NCBI GenBank assembly: GCA_965207065.1
Contig: OZ242260.1
Coordinates: forward strand, 2,848,001 to 2,912,000
DNA length: 64,000 nt
Source of the DNA: a bacterium
GTDB lineage: Bacteria > UBA8248
Reading direction: 5' to 3'
Made by a program: the position numbers and the translations under genes. Shown one piece after another: positions 18,511 through 28,059 of this stretch (positions are counted from its first letter, which is position 1; every line of letters begins with the position of its first letter). The notes beneath the pieces were generated by a model. It was given only the letters and a program-made list of their open reading frames with translations. It had not been told where the DNA came from and made no database searches.

Positions 18511-19626
18511 ATGCCTCCGGTTCATTACCACGAAGGGCGTTTCCCCCCGGAGAAAAGCCTCGATTGGGGAGCGCTGGCACCGTTACTCGGCCCGGCGGCT
18601 GCGGCTCTGGCGCGCTACGACGAGATACTCAACGTCGTTCGTAACCCCGAATTATTGCTTGCGCCCTTGACTACCCAGGAGGCGGTGCTCTCCTCGCGCA
18701 TCGAGGGCACCCAGGCCACCATGGGTGAGGTATTGGAGTTCGAGGCGGGGCAGGAGGTGGACTCTCCCGAGCGTCGTGACGACATTGAAGAAGTACGCAA
18801 CTACCGCACCTCGATGAGAGAGGCGGAGGAGATGCTCACCGCACTCCCGCTGTCCTTAAGAGTCGTCCGAGAGGCGCATCGCGTATTGCTTTCCGGGGTG
18901 CGCGGGAGGAACAAATCTCCCGGTGAGTATCGGCGTATCCCGAATTGGATCGGGCCGCCAGGGTGTTCCATCGATACCGCCAAGTTCGTGCCCATCGGGG
19001 CGGAGAAGCTCGACGAGGCCATGAGCGCATGGGAGCGCTATATCCACCAGGAAACGCCCGATCTGCTGGTGCAGGCGGCCGTCCTGCACGCTGAGTTCGA
19101 AGCCCTGCACCCTTTCCTGGACGGTAACGGTCGCCTGGGGCGGATGCTGGTTCCTTTGTTTCTATGGCAGCGCGGTCTCATCAGCCGTCCCATGTTCTAC
19201 ATCAGCGCCTATTTCGAGGCGCATCGCGATGCGTATTACAATGGGTTGCTCGCCGTCTCGCGCGACGACGATTGGACGGGTTGGTGCAAGTTTTTTCTCG
19301 AAGGAGTGCGAGTGCAGGCGGAGGACAATCTCGCCAAAGCCCGGGCCATTCTCGAGCTTTACGAGGACATGAAAATACGTGTAACGGAATTGACCCGCTC
19401 CCACTACGCCGTCCACGCCCTGGACTGGATTTTCGAGCGTCCGATTTTCCGCAGCATTCATTTTGTGAACACGGCGGACATCCCTGAGCCGACGGCGCGC
19501 AGGGTGTTGCGAGTGCTTCGGGAAAATGAAATCCTGAATGTTGTCAGAACCGGGAAAGGCCGCCGCTCGACGATTCTGTCGTTTCCTGACTTGCTAAACA
19601 TTGCGGAGCAAAGAAAGCTGTTTTAA
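18511..19626 (+). CDS. Fic-domain protein (N-terminal Fic_N region, C-terminal winged-helix-like region)
   Basis: EAVLSSRIEGTQ inhibitory-type motif, PGEYR, canonical HPFLDGNGRLGR. Confidence 0.93.
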   Translation: MPPVHYHEGRFPPEKSLDWGALAPLLGPAAAALARYDEILNVVRNPELLLAPLTTQEAVLSSRIEGTQATMGEVLEFEAGQEVDSPERRDDIEEVRNYRTSMREAEEMLTALPLSLRVVREAHRVLLSGVRGRNKSPGEYRRIPNWIGPPGCSIDTAKFVPIGAEKLDEAMSAWERYIHQETPDLLVQAAVLHAEFEALHPFLDGNGRLGRMLVPLFLWQRGLISRPMFYISAYFEAHRDAYYNGLLAVSRDDDWTGWCKFFLEGVRVQAEDNLAKARAILELYEDMKIRVTELTRSHYAVHALDWIFERPIFRSIHFVNTADIPEPTARRVLRVLRENEILNVVRTGKGRRSTILSFPDLLNIAEQRKLF

Positions 19627-19627
19627 T

Positions 19628-19690
19628 GCTCACGTATGAACGACAAAGCCGTTTGTCGCTCATTTATGGACGAAAATGATTGACAAAACC
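19628..19690. repeat. Right palindromic repeat flanking the Fic gene
   Basis: GCTCACGTATGAACGACAAAGCCGTTTGTCGCTCA matches 18321-18355 at 34/35 nt, then degenerates. Confidence 0.75.
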
Positions 19691-19734
19691 ATTTGTTGTG
19701 CATTTATTAACGACATACGCATCTCCGCCCAGTC

Positions 19735-20430
19735 ATGGAGATGAATAAGCCGATGTCAGCCTCACGTTTTCGTTCGAAAGGTTTCTGGAAGAAGCGGACG
19801 CCTCGCGCGCGCTTGCGCCGCCATGTGGCGCTCGCCATCGTCCTCGCATTCTTCGTCAGCGGCTGCGTCACGCCCACGCCGAGGCGGCAGGGGAACATCT
19901 GCGAGATTTTCGACCAGCAGCCCGACTGGTACGACTACGCCCGCGCGTCCGAGAAACGCTGGGGCACGCCGGTGCACGTGCTCATGGCGTTCGTGAAGAA
20001 AGAATCGAGTTTCCAGAGCCACGCGAGGCCGCCCATGCGGTGGTTCCTGTTCATCCCGCTCGGCCGCCCCTCCACGGCGCTTGGCTATGCGCAGCCCCTG
20101 AACCAGACCTGGGGGGACTACAAGGCGGAGCGCGGCAGCTGGCTGAGCAGCCGCACGCGCATGAAGGATGCGCTCGACTTCGTCGGCTGGTACAACGCCA
20201 AGTCACGGCGCGAACTGGGCATTTCCCTGAACGACGCGCACAGGCTCTACCTCGCCTATCACGAGGGAAGGGGCGGCTACCGGCGCGGAACGTGGAAGAA
20301 AAAGCCGAAAATCCGCCGCGCGGCGCGGCGCGTGGCCGAGACCGCCCGGCTCTACAAGGCCCAGCTCGCGCGCTGCGAATCGAGGTTCCGGTGCGATTCG
20401 TGGTATCAGGTCTGGCCCTTTTGCCGCTGA
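19735..20430 (+). CDS. Lipoprotein with transglycosylase SLT-like domain
   Basis: Lipobox VSGC, NICEIF, KESSF catalytic Glu, ALGYAQ, LYLAYHEG; start uncertain. Confidence 0.8.
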   Translation: MEMNKPMSASRFRSKGFWKKRTPRARLRRHVALAIVLAFFVSGCVTPTPRRQGNICEIFDQQPDWYDYARASEKRWGTPVHVLMAFVKKESSFQSHARPPMRWFLFIPLGRPSTALGYAQPLNQTWGDYKAERGSWLSSRTRMKDALDFVGWYNAKSRRELGISLNDAHRLYLAYHEGRGGYRRGTWKKKPKIRRAARRVAETARLYKAQLARCESRFRCDSWYQVWPFCR

Positions 20431-20440
20431 GGATTACTGA

Positions 20441-21121
20441 ATGATTCCGTACCGTATTCTTAAATGCCCTGCGATTGTCCTCTGCGTTCTGACCGCCTTT
20501 CTCATCCTTACTCCCGGCGTTCTCCTGGCGCAGGAGATCGTGCTCGGCCGCTTCTCGGCGGGCGACCTCTCCGGCTGGGAACCCAAGAGTTTCGAGGGCG
20601 AGACCAGGTATCGACTCGTCAAGTTGCGAGGCGGCGAAACGGTCCTCGAAGCGGTGAGCAACGCGGCTGCGTCCGGCCTGGTGCTCAAGCGGAAGATCGA
20701 CCTCACGAAAACGCCGATTCTCATCTGGCGCTGGCGGATCGAGCGCCCCGTCAACCCGCCGGATGAGTTGTCCAAAGAAGGAGACGACTTCGCCGCCCGC
20801 GTCTATTTCCTGGCGCCCGGCGCCGGCTGGCTCTCTTTTCCGGATTCGGTCGTCTACGTCTGGGCCAGCGGGCAGCCTGTAGGCTCCGCCTGGCCGAACC
20901 CCTACACCAAGAAGGCCCACATGGTCGCCGTCGATTCAGGCGCGGGCCTCGCCGGGCAGTGGCGGACCCATCGCCGGAACATGCGCGCGGATTTCAGGCG
21001 CTACTTCGGCCGCGACATCACCGAGATCACCCACATCGCCATCATGACCGACACCGACAACAGCAAGCTCTCGGCCCGCGGCTGGTACGGCGATATCCGC
21101 GTCGCCTCCGCCGGACCATAA
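20441..21121 (+). CDS. DUF3047-domain exported protein
   Basis: Signal peptide; TPILIWRWRI, KEGDDFAARVY, YVWAS, IAIMTDTDN, WYGDI. Confidence 0.85.
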   Translation: MIPYRILKCPAIVLCVLTAFLILTPGVLLAQEIVLGRFSAGDLSGWEPKSFEGETRYRLVKLRGGETVLEAVSNAAASGLVLKRKIDLTKTPILIWRWRIERPVNPPDELSKEGDDFAARVYFLAPGAGWLSFPDSVVYVWASGQPVGSAWPNPYTKKAHMVAVDSGAGLAGQWRTHRRNMRADFRRYFGRDITEITHIAIMTDTDNSKLSARGWYGDIRVASAGP

Positions 21122-21154
21122 AATAAATCGAACTAACCAACAGGAAATTAAATC

Positions 21155-21784
21155 GTGCATGTAGCCGTGATCGATATAGGAAGTCCTAAGAATAATAATA
21201 TCGGTTGGGCTCTCGTGGGCGATAAAGCCGATTGCGGTACTAATCTGGACGAGTGTGCGAAAGTTCTCGCCCAAGTGCTTAAAACTGAACCCTTGGCACT
21301 TGGTTTTGAGGCTCCGATGTTCGTACCTATGAGAAATGAGCCTTTTAGTCTAACGAGCGCACGTTGTGGCGAGACGGGGGAGGGTATTAGTAGACCATTC
21401 TCGGCCAGCGCTGGCGCCTCAGTCTTGGTCACTTCTACGGTGGTCGTGCCTTACGTTCTTCGTTGTCTCAGGAAAACTGTTCCAGACGTGACGGCGACGC
21501 TTGATTGGAATGGCTGGCCAAATGAACCCAGACAATCGAGTCGGATGCTTCTATTTGAGGCTTTTGTCACGAACCAGGATAAAGCTAGGCAGCACTTTGA
21601 AGATGCCCGGTTGGCGGCTAAGGAACTCTACACCAAGCTCAGGGGCAATAAGAAAATCGAATCATCTGTGACGGTAGATAAATGTTTCAGTATTCTCGGT
21701 GCCATGATGTTGCGGACTGGATTGTCTAAGGATATTTCTGTGCTATCTCAACCATGTTTAGTAGTCAGGCCAAACACTGAATAG
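21155..21784 (+). CDS. Low-GC hypothetical protein, possible RNase H-fold (DUF429-like) nuclease
   Basis: VAVIDIGS..IGWA, LALGFEAPM, LLFEAF, HFEDA acidic residue pattern; AT-rich codon usage. Confidence 0.6.
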   Translation: MHVAVIDIGSPKNNNIGWALVGDKADCGTNLDECAKVLAQVLKTEPLALGFEAPMFVPMRNEPFSLTSARCGETGEGISRPFSASAGASVLVTSTVVVPYVLRCLRKTVPDVTATLDWNGWPNEPRQSSRMLLFEAFVTNQDKARQHFEDARLAAKELYTKLRGNKKIESSVTVDKCFSILGAMMLRTGLSKDISVLSQPCLVVRPNTE

Positions 21785-21830
21785 TGAAAGAGTTATAGTT
21801 CCACGTATGTGTTGACATGGAGCTACCCAG

Positions 21831-22670
21831 CTATTCGCCGGGCTGTTCCTTGTTTTTTTCGATGGCCGCCATCGCCAGTTCGCGGTCTTCGGGGTCTTCC
21901 ACGCGGCGCGCGGTATCGAGAGCGGCGTCGATTTGCCCCTCTTGCGCCTGCGCCAAGGCGATATCCCGGTAAGCCCAGGAGCGATATGGAGCTTTACCGA
22001 TGCCGCTTGCGGAGTTGAGAGCGACGGGGAAATCTCCTGCGTTCGCCTGGACCGTCGCGATTTCCTGCAAGGCCCAGGAGCGCCAGGCAGGGTCGCCGAT
22101 TTCACGGGCGTTCTGAACGGCTGCGGTGAAATCCCCCGCCTCGGCCATGCCCATGACGCTTCGCCACGCATTTTCGGAAAGGCTTTTCTCGTCGCGGATC
22201 TCCTCGATCGCCTCCAGAGCGGCGTTCAGCGTGTGGGAGGCGATGGCGGCGGCGGGACCACTCTGGATGGCGGAGAAGTGCTTGAGCGCCTGCATTTGAT
22301 CGTCGGGGTCGTCGATGCGGCGTATCGTCTCGATGGCTTCGCTGATTTGTCCCGCCCTCGTCTGCGCAATGGCGATTTCACGCAAGGCGGAGGCGTAAAA
22401 AAGAGCGCTTCCGATGCCTCGCGCGGTCTCGATAGCGGCGTCGATATCCCCCGCCTGCGCCTGTGAGCCGGCGAGCTCACTCAGATGAATGGAGCGGTTG
22501 GTGATTTCGCTCAGGAATCGCGAGATTTCGGCCTCGGGCGTGAGCTCCCGGCCGTCGAGCGTCTCCTCCCGGATTTCCGCGCTTTCCGGCAGGAAAGAAG
22601 CCGGAGGCTTCTCCTCGGCTTCGCTCGAATTCCCCATAAATCGCATCAAACTCCGAAAAATGTTTCTCAT
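21831..22670 (-). CDS. TPR-like helical repeat protein, copy 1
   Basis: Repeats of AL.EIA..QA.AG....A...AR.I; near-identical to 22984-23823. Confidence 0.8.
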   Translation of the reverse strand: MRNIFRSLMRFMGNSSEAEEKPPASFLPESAEIREETLDGRELTPEAEISRFLSEITNRSIHLSELAGSQAQAGDIDAAIETARGIGSALFYASALREIAIAQTRAGQISEAIETIRRIDDPDDQMQALKHFSAIQSGPAAAIASHTLNAALEAIEEIRDEKSLSENAWRSVMGMAEAGDFTAAVQNAREIGDPAWRSWALQEIATVQANAGDFPVALNSASGIGKAPYRSWAYRDIALAQAQEGQIDAALDTARRVEDPEDRELAMAAIEKNKEQPGE

Positions 22671-22928
22671 CTGGGTCCTCGTCTATCGGTATGAGAGATT
22701 TCATATTGAACGCGATGTTTTTCCACAGGATTGATATCGTTAGCCTTGTTCTAAGCAGTCATTATCATCTCGTTTGTTTTGATTTGCAAAAGAAAAAGCA
22801 CTCAAGAAGCCGAGATTACGTATTATCGCCATAGATATTATATTGTAAATACCAATATTTATAGGATTACTATGAATCGAGGCTGATGCCGAACAGGCAG
22901 GGTCGGTGAGAATGCGCGCTCATCTTTG

Positions 22929-22974
22929 CTCCTCGATCGCCTCGGCGAAGCGCTCGGCGATGTCGGCGGCGCGG
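22929..22974 (-). pseudogene. Duplicated 3' fragment of the Fe-S oxidoreductase gene
   Basis: Encodes RAADIAERFAEAIEE versus [15 protein letters not shown] at 24072-24117. Confidence 0.75.
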
Positions 22975-22983
22975 CTTGGCGCG

Positions 22984-23823
22984 CTATTTACCGGGTTGTT
23001 CCTTGTGTTTTTCGATGGCGGCCATCGCCTGCTCGCGGTCTTCGGGGTCTTCCACGCGGCGCGCGGTGTCGAGAGCGGCCTCGATTTGCTCCTCTTGCGC
23101 CTGCGCCACGGCGATATCCCGGTAAGCCCAGGAGCGGTACAGCGCCTTGCTGATGCCGCTTGCGGAGTTGAGAGCGGCGGGGAAATCTCCCGCCTGCGCC
23201 TGACCCGTCGCGATTTCCTGCAAGGCCCAGGAGCGCCAGGCAGGGTCGCCGATTTCACGGGCGTTCTGAACGGCTGCGGTGAAATCCCCCGCCTCGGCCA
23301 GGTCCATGACGCTTCGCCACGCATTTTCGGAAAGGCTTTTCTCGTCGCGGATCTCCTCGACCGCCTCCAGGGCGGCGTTGATCGCTTGGGAGGCGATGGC
23401 AGAGCCGGGACCACTCTGGATGGCGGAGAAGTGCTTGAGCGCCTGCATCTGATCGTCGGGATCGTCGATTCGGCGTATCGTCTCGATGGCTTCGCTGATT
23501 TGTCCCGCCCTCGCCTGAGCAATGGCGATTTCCCGCAAGGCGGAGGCGTAAAAAAGAGCGCTTCCGATGCCTCGCGCGGTCTCGATGGCGGCGTCGATAT
23601 CCCCCGCCTGCGCCTGTGAGTGGGCGAGCTCGCTCAGATGAATGGAGCGGTTGGTGATTTCGCTCAGGAATCGCGTGGTTTCGGCCACGGGCGTGAGCTC
23701 CCGGCCGTCGAGCGTCTCCTCCCGGATTTCCGCGCTTTCCGGCAGGAAAGAAGCCGGAGGCTTCTCCTCGGCTTCGGGCGAAACCCCCATGAATCTCATC
23801 AAACTCCGGAGTATGTTTCTCAT
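22984..23823 (-). CDS. TPR-like helical repeat protein, copy 2
   Basis: Same repeat architecture; tandem paralogue of 21831-22670. Confidence 0.8.
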   Translation of the reverse strand: MRNILRSLMRFMGVSPEAEEKPPASFLPESAEIREETLDGRELTPVAETTRFLSEITNRSIHLSELAHSQAQAGDIDAAIETARGIGSALFYASALREIAIAQARAGQISEAIETIRRIDDPDDQMQALKHFSAIQSGPGSAIASQAINAALEAVEEIRDEKSLSENAWRSVMDLAEAGDFTAAVQNAREIGDPAWRSWALQEIATGQAQAGDFPAALNSASGISKALYRSWAYRDIAVAQAQEEQIEAALDTARRVEDPEDREQAMAAIEKHKEQPGK

Positions 23824-24068
23824 CCGGGTCCTCAATTATCCCTTGCTGGATTATTCACCTTGATTCAAACTGATCGTCCATACAAGGTTCATGTGATTGT
23901 GTCGCACTGTGAAAATATTATCTTCGCATTCGCTTTATTTTGCAAAAAAAAAGCACTCGAACAACTGGAATTATTGATAGTTGCCACGAGAATGGCGGGG
24001 AAAGCAAAAAATGAAAGGAAAAACAGGTCCGATGCCTCGTTCGGCAGGACGGGAAACTCGCGCGGCTC

Positions 24069-26105
24069 CTACTCCTCTATCGCCTCGGCGACGAGTTCGG
24101 CGATGTCGGCGGCGCGGATGTTCTTCTCCGGGTCGAGCGTCTTGAGAGCGTCATCGAACATCTGCATGCAGAAAGGACACGAGACGGCGGCGGTTTCGGC
24201 CCCGCATGCCTTCACGTCCTCGAGCCGCTCGTGGTTGATGCGCTTTTTGGGGTCATCGTCCATCCATGCGTAGCCGCCGCCCGCGCCGCAGCAAAGCGAG
24301 CGCGAGCGGTTGCGCGCGAGCTCGGTGAAGCCGCCGTCGGATATCTGGTGCAGCACCTCGCGCGGGGCGTCGTACACGCCGTTGTGGCGGCCCAGGTAGC
24401 AGGGGTCGTGGTAGGTGATGGAGCCGAGCGATTTCTTGAGCTTGAGTTTTCCTGATTTTATGAGTTCCGCGATGAGCTGCGTGTGGTGCACCACCTCGTA
24501 GTTTCCCCCGAAGTCGGGGTATTCGTTCTTGTACGTGTTGAAGCAATGCGGGCAGGTGGTGATGATTTTCTTCACCTCATAGCCGTTCAGCGTCTCGATG
24601 TTCTGTTTCGCGCACATCTGGAAGGTGAACTCGCCCCCGGCCCGACGGGCGGGGTCGCCTGTGCAGACCTCCTCCGCGCCCAGGATGGCGAAGTCCACGC
24701 CCGCGGCTGAGAGTATCTTCACCATCGCCCGCGACACCTCGATGTTGCGGTCGATCATCGAACCCGTACAGCCCACCCAGTAGAGATATTCCGCCTTCTC
24801 TCCGCTTGCGAGGACTTTCACGTCGAGGCCCTCGTACCATTCCTCGCGGTTGTGTTGCGCGCCCACCCAGGGGTGTTGCCGCTCGTCCATCGACTTCAGG
24901 AACTGGCGCGCGTCCTCGCTCGTTTTGGATTCCATCATCACCAGGTAGCGCCGCATGTCCACCATCTTGGGGATGTGCTCGATGAATACCGGGCACTCCT
25001 GCTGGCAGGCCCCGCAGGTGCGGCAGCCCCAGAGTTCTTCTTCCAGGACGGCGGGTTCGTCCCCGGGCTCGCCGAACAGGGGCGTCCTCTCGCCGGCTTC
25101 ACCGTTTTCCGCGAGCGCCGCCGGGCCCGTCTCGCTCAGGTGCGTCTTCATGTCCTGGATCAGCTTTTTGGGGCTGAGCGGCACCCCGCTCATGTAGGCG
25201 GGGCAGACGTCCTGGCAGCGGCCGCAGTTCGTACACGCGTCCAGATCCAGCAGGTTTTTCCAGGTGTACCCCTCGATCTTCTCCACCCCCAGGGTTTCCA
25301 GCGCCTCGGGGTCCGCTTCCATCGTCGCCTCGATGTCGATGAAGCTCAGCTTGCCGCTCGACTCCAGATTTCTGCAGAACATGTTCAACAGGCCGTACCA
25401 GATGTGGTTGAACTTCCCGAAGCCCATGTAGCCGAGCAGGACGAACGCAGTAATGGCGTGGAACCACCAGTTGATGCGGTGGAGGAACCGGAGCGTCTCG
25501 AGGCTCAGCCCCTGGAGAGTCAGGGCGACCGCGTAGCCGCCCGGCGACCACGGGGCCAGGGCCGGGTTGTGTCTGAGTTCGGTTGCCGCGATGCGCAGCC
25601 CTTCCACGACGAAGCCCTGCACGAAAACGAGCAGGAGCAGCCACAGCGCGAGGTAGTCGTCGAGCACGGAGTTCATGCGCTCGGGCTTCATCACCAGGCG
25701 CCGCCAGAGGGCCATGAGTATTCCGACGATCCCCAACAGCCCGAAGCCGTCGCTGAGCAGCGAGTAGCCCAGGTAGAGGTTTCCCTTGAGATAGTGGATT
25801 CCCGTCCATTCCTGAACGGCGATCATCGAAGTGGCGATCAGTTCGACGAAAAAGCCGTAGAAGATGAACAGGTGCATGAGGCCGGGGTAGGTGTCCCGCA
25901 GCATCCGTCGGTGGAGCACCAGCTCATCCACAACCCCCCAGAGGCGTTTCACCGGTTTGTCGGTTCTCATTTCGCCGCCGCCCAGGCGCCACAACCTCAC
26001 GCGCTGGTAGATACCGTATGACATCACGCCGATCGCCATCGCGGCGAAGAGGTAGATCAACGGGCCGAAGACGATGTTCCAGTAAATTTCCCGCGTGGGT
26101 GTCAT
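24069..26105 (-). CDS. Membrane-bound Fe-S oxidoreductase (FadF / heterodisulfide reductase HdrD-like, CCG domains)
   Basis: N-terminal TM helices, [12 protein letters not shown] and [44 protein letters not shown]. Confidence 0.9.
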   Translation of the reverse strand: MTPTREIYWNIVFGPLIYLFAAMAIGVMSYGIYQRVRLWRLGGGEMRTDKPVKRLWGVVDELVLHRRMLRDTYPGLMHLFIFYGFFVELIATSMIAVQEWTGIHYLKGNLYLGYSLLSDGFGLLGIVGILMALWRRLVMKPERMNSVLDDYLALWLLLLVFVQGFVVEGLRIAATELRHNPALAPWSPGGYAVALTLQGLSLETLRFLHRINWWFHAITAFVLLGYMGFGKFNHIWYGLLNMFCRNLESSGKLSFIDIEATMEADPEALETLGVEKIEGYTWKNLLDLDACTNCGRCQDVCPAYMSGVPLSPKKLIQDMKTHLSETGPAALAENGEAGERTPLFGEPGDEPAVLEEELWGCRTCGACQQECPVFIEHIPKMVDMRRYLVMMESKTSEDARQFLKSMDERQHPWVGAQHNREEWYEGLDVKVLASGEKAEYLYWVGCTGSMIDRNIEVSRAMVKILSAAGVDFAILGAEEVCTGDPARRAGGEFTFQMCAKQNIETLNGYEVKKIITTCPHCFNTYKNEYPDFGGNYEVVHHTQLIAELIKSGKLKLKKSLGSITYHDPCYLGRHNGVYDAPREVLHQISDGGFTELARNRSRSLCCGAGGGYAWMDDDPKKRINHERLEDVKACGAETAAVSCPFCMQMFDDALKTLDPEKNIRAADIAELVAEAIEE

Positions 26106-26278
26106 GTGAGAATCCTGTGGGGCGATTCGGTGCGTTGTCTTTCATTTCTGATGTACCGAGGTTACGAAAACTCAGCCGAAAAGTCGACACTCTTCCGGGT
26201 TCATTTGTAACGCGGCTTTCTTTGCTGGATAATCAGAGCTTCAACTCTCAGGAGTGCACCAAAGCGCGGAGGCGGCCG

Positions 26279-26692
26279 ATGAGCGAGAGAAAGATACGGG
26301 TGCTGGTGGGCAAGCCCGGCCTCGACGGACATGACAGGGGAGCCAAGGTGGTCGCGCGCGCGCTCAGGGACGCAGGCATGGAGGTGATTTACTCTGGCAT
26401 CCGCCAGACGCCCGAGCAAATCGCCTCGACAGCCATGCAGGAAGACGTCGACTGCGTGGGCCTCTCGATACTTTCGGGCGCGCACAACCACCTGTTTCCC
26501 AGAATCCGTGAATTGCTCGATGAGCACGGCATGGACGACGTTCTTCTCTTCGGGGGCGGCATCGTGCCGGATGATGACATTCCCTTTCTCAAGGAAATGG
26601 GGGTGGATGAGATTTTCACCCCGGGCGCGACGATGGAGGACATCGTCTCCTATGTGCGTGAAACGGTAGCCGAGCGCAGGGAGAGCGCCTGA
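26279..26692 (+). CDS. Cobalamin-binding subunit of an acyl-CoA (methylmalonyl-CoA-type) mutase
   Basis: [12 protein letters not shown] (DxHxxG), [20 protein letters not shown]. Confidence 0.93.
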   Translation: MSERKIRVLVGKPGLDGHDRGAKVVARALRDAGMEVIYSGIRQTPEQIASTAMQEDVDCVGLSILSGAHNHLFPRIRELLDEHGMDDVLLFGGGIVPDDDIPFLKEMGVDEIFTPGATMEDIVSYVRETVAERRESA

Positions 26693-26736
26693 GGACACGG
26701 CTTCGTTGCGGCGCGAAGGCTCAGTTCGTATACTGC

Positions 26737-26766
26737 GCGCTCCTGAGCGGGACGGGGCGCTTTTTT
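26737..26766 (+). terminator. Probable Rho-independent terminator
   Basis: GCGCTCC...GGGGCGC hairpin followed by TTTTTT. Confidence 0.55.
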
Positions 26767-26794
26767 CTGGATGGACATTTTTTGGAGCGGCTGG

Positions 26795-27262
26795 ATGAAG
26801 AATTCATGGCTCATGTTGCTGGCGGCCTGCTTGCTGCTCGTATCCGCCTGCCAGCAAAAGCCCATCGAAAGGGCGGCGCGCGGTTCTCTTGCTCCTGCGG
26901 AGGAGAACGTGGTCGTCACGTCCTACTGTCAAAGCTGCCACCTGCACGCGAGTTTCGAGGAAGCCCCGCACGTCGAGAAGCAACAGCTTCGCTATGACGA
27001 GAAAAGCCCGCTGCGCACCGCCAGCCAGTGCCTCGCATGTCACGTCGTTCGTCCCGAGACGTTTTTCAAAAAAGAGCTGCGCAGCACCAGGTTTCCGCAC
27101 GGTGTATTGGTTGATATCGCCAAGATACCGAAGCCGAAACCCACGCCTCGCCTGAAAAGAGAACAAGGCGAGGAGCCTGCGCCCAGGCAAGAGGCTCCAC
27201 CTCCAGCCGTGAAAAAAGAGAAGAAGCAAAAAAAGCGCTGGTATTTCCTCTATCTCTTCTGA
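26795..27262 (+). CDS. Putative diheme c-type cytochrome lipoprotein
   Basis: Lipobox LVSAC; two CxxCH motifs (CQSCH, CLACH); Pro/Lys-rich tail ending WYFLYLF. Confidence 0.7.
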   Translation: MKNSWLMLLAACLLLVSACQQKPIERAARGSLAPAEENVVVTSYCQSCHLHASFEEAPHVEKQQLRYDEKSPLRTASQCLACHVVRPETFFKKELRSTRFPHGVLVDIAKIPKPKPTPRLKREQGEEPAPRQEAPPPAVKKEKKQKKRWYFLYLF

Positions 27263-28059
27263 GTCGGGTCGAGCAGGTCTCTCAGCCCGTCGCCCAGGAT
27301 GTTCAGGCCCATGACGGTGAGGGCAATGGCGATTCCCGGATAAATCGTCAGGTGCGGGGCGACGAGCAGGAAATCGCGCCCCTCGGCCAGCATCGCTCCC
27401 CAGCTCGGCTCGGGCGGCTGTATCCCCAGTCCCAGGAAGGAGAGACCCGATTCGGCGAGAATCGCCCCCGCCATTCCGATGCTCGCCTCCACGATGACCG
27501 GCGAGATGATGTTCGCGAACAGGTGGAGGGTGAGGATTCTTCCGGGCGTGGCGCCCGCGGCCAGGGCGGCGGTCACGAATTCGCGCTCGCGCAGCGCCAG
27601 CATCTGTGCGCGGACGAGCCTCGCGTAGCCCACCCATCCGAACACGGAGAGCGATATGACGATGTTCCACAGACTCGGCGCGAGCACCGACATGAGGGCG
27701 ATGGCGAGCAGAATGCCCGGAAAGGCCAGGAACACGTCGGTGACGCGCATGATCGCCTCGTCCCACACCCCGCCGAGATAGCCCGCGATGCCTCCGATGA
27801 CGAGACCCAGCAGCACGGAAACCGAAACGGCGGCGAAGCCCACCGTGAGAGATGTTCTCCCGCCGTGCAATACGCGGCTCAGTATGTCGCGGCCCAGTTT
27901 GTCCCGCCCGAAGGGGTGCGCCGTCTCGGGAGCCGTCAGTCCTTGCGCCAGCTCCATCTCATAGGGGTTTTGGGGCGAGAGGAGAGGGGCGGCCAGGGTG
28001 GCGACCAGCAAAAGGGCGATAATGCCCCCGCCCAGATAGATGGAAAGGCCGCGCCTCAT
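27250..28059 (-). CDS. Peptide/nickel ABC transporter permease (DppC/OppC-like)
   Basis: HPFGRDKLGRDILSR, EFVTAALAAGA EAA loop, LSFLGLGIQPPEPSWG. Confidence 0.92.
   Translation of the reverse strand: MRRGLSIYLGGGIIALLLVATLAAPLLSPQNPYEMELAQGLTAPETAHPFGRDKLGRDILSRVLHGGRTSLTVGFAAVSVSVLLGLVIGGIAGYLGGVWDEAIMRVTDVFLAFPGILLAIALMSVLAPSLWNIVISLSVFGWVGYARLVRAQMLALREREFVTAALAAGATPGRILTLHLFANIISPVIVEASIGMAGAILAESGLSFLGLGIQPPEPSWGAMLAEGRDFLLVAPHLTIYPGIAIALTVMGLNILGDGLRDLLDPTQKR

Noticed and set aside
20428-20430. Sec readthrough at the SLT lipoprotein stop (PFCR-TGA)
   Set aside because: No SECIS-like hairpin and the next gene begins 10 nt later; treated as an ordinary stop
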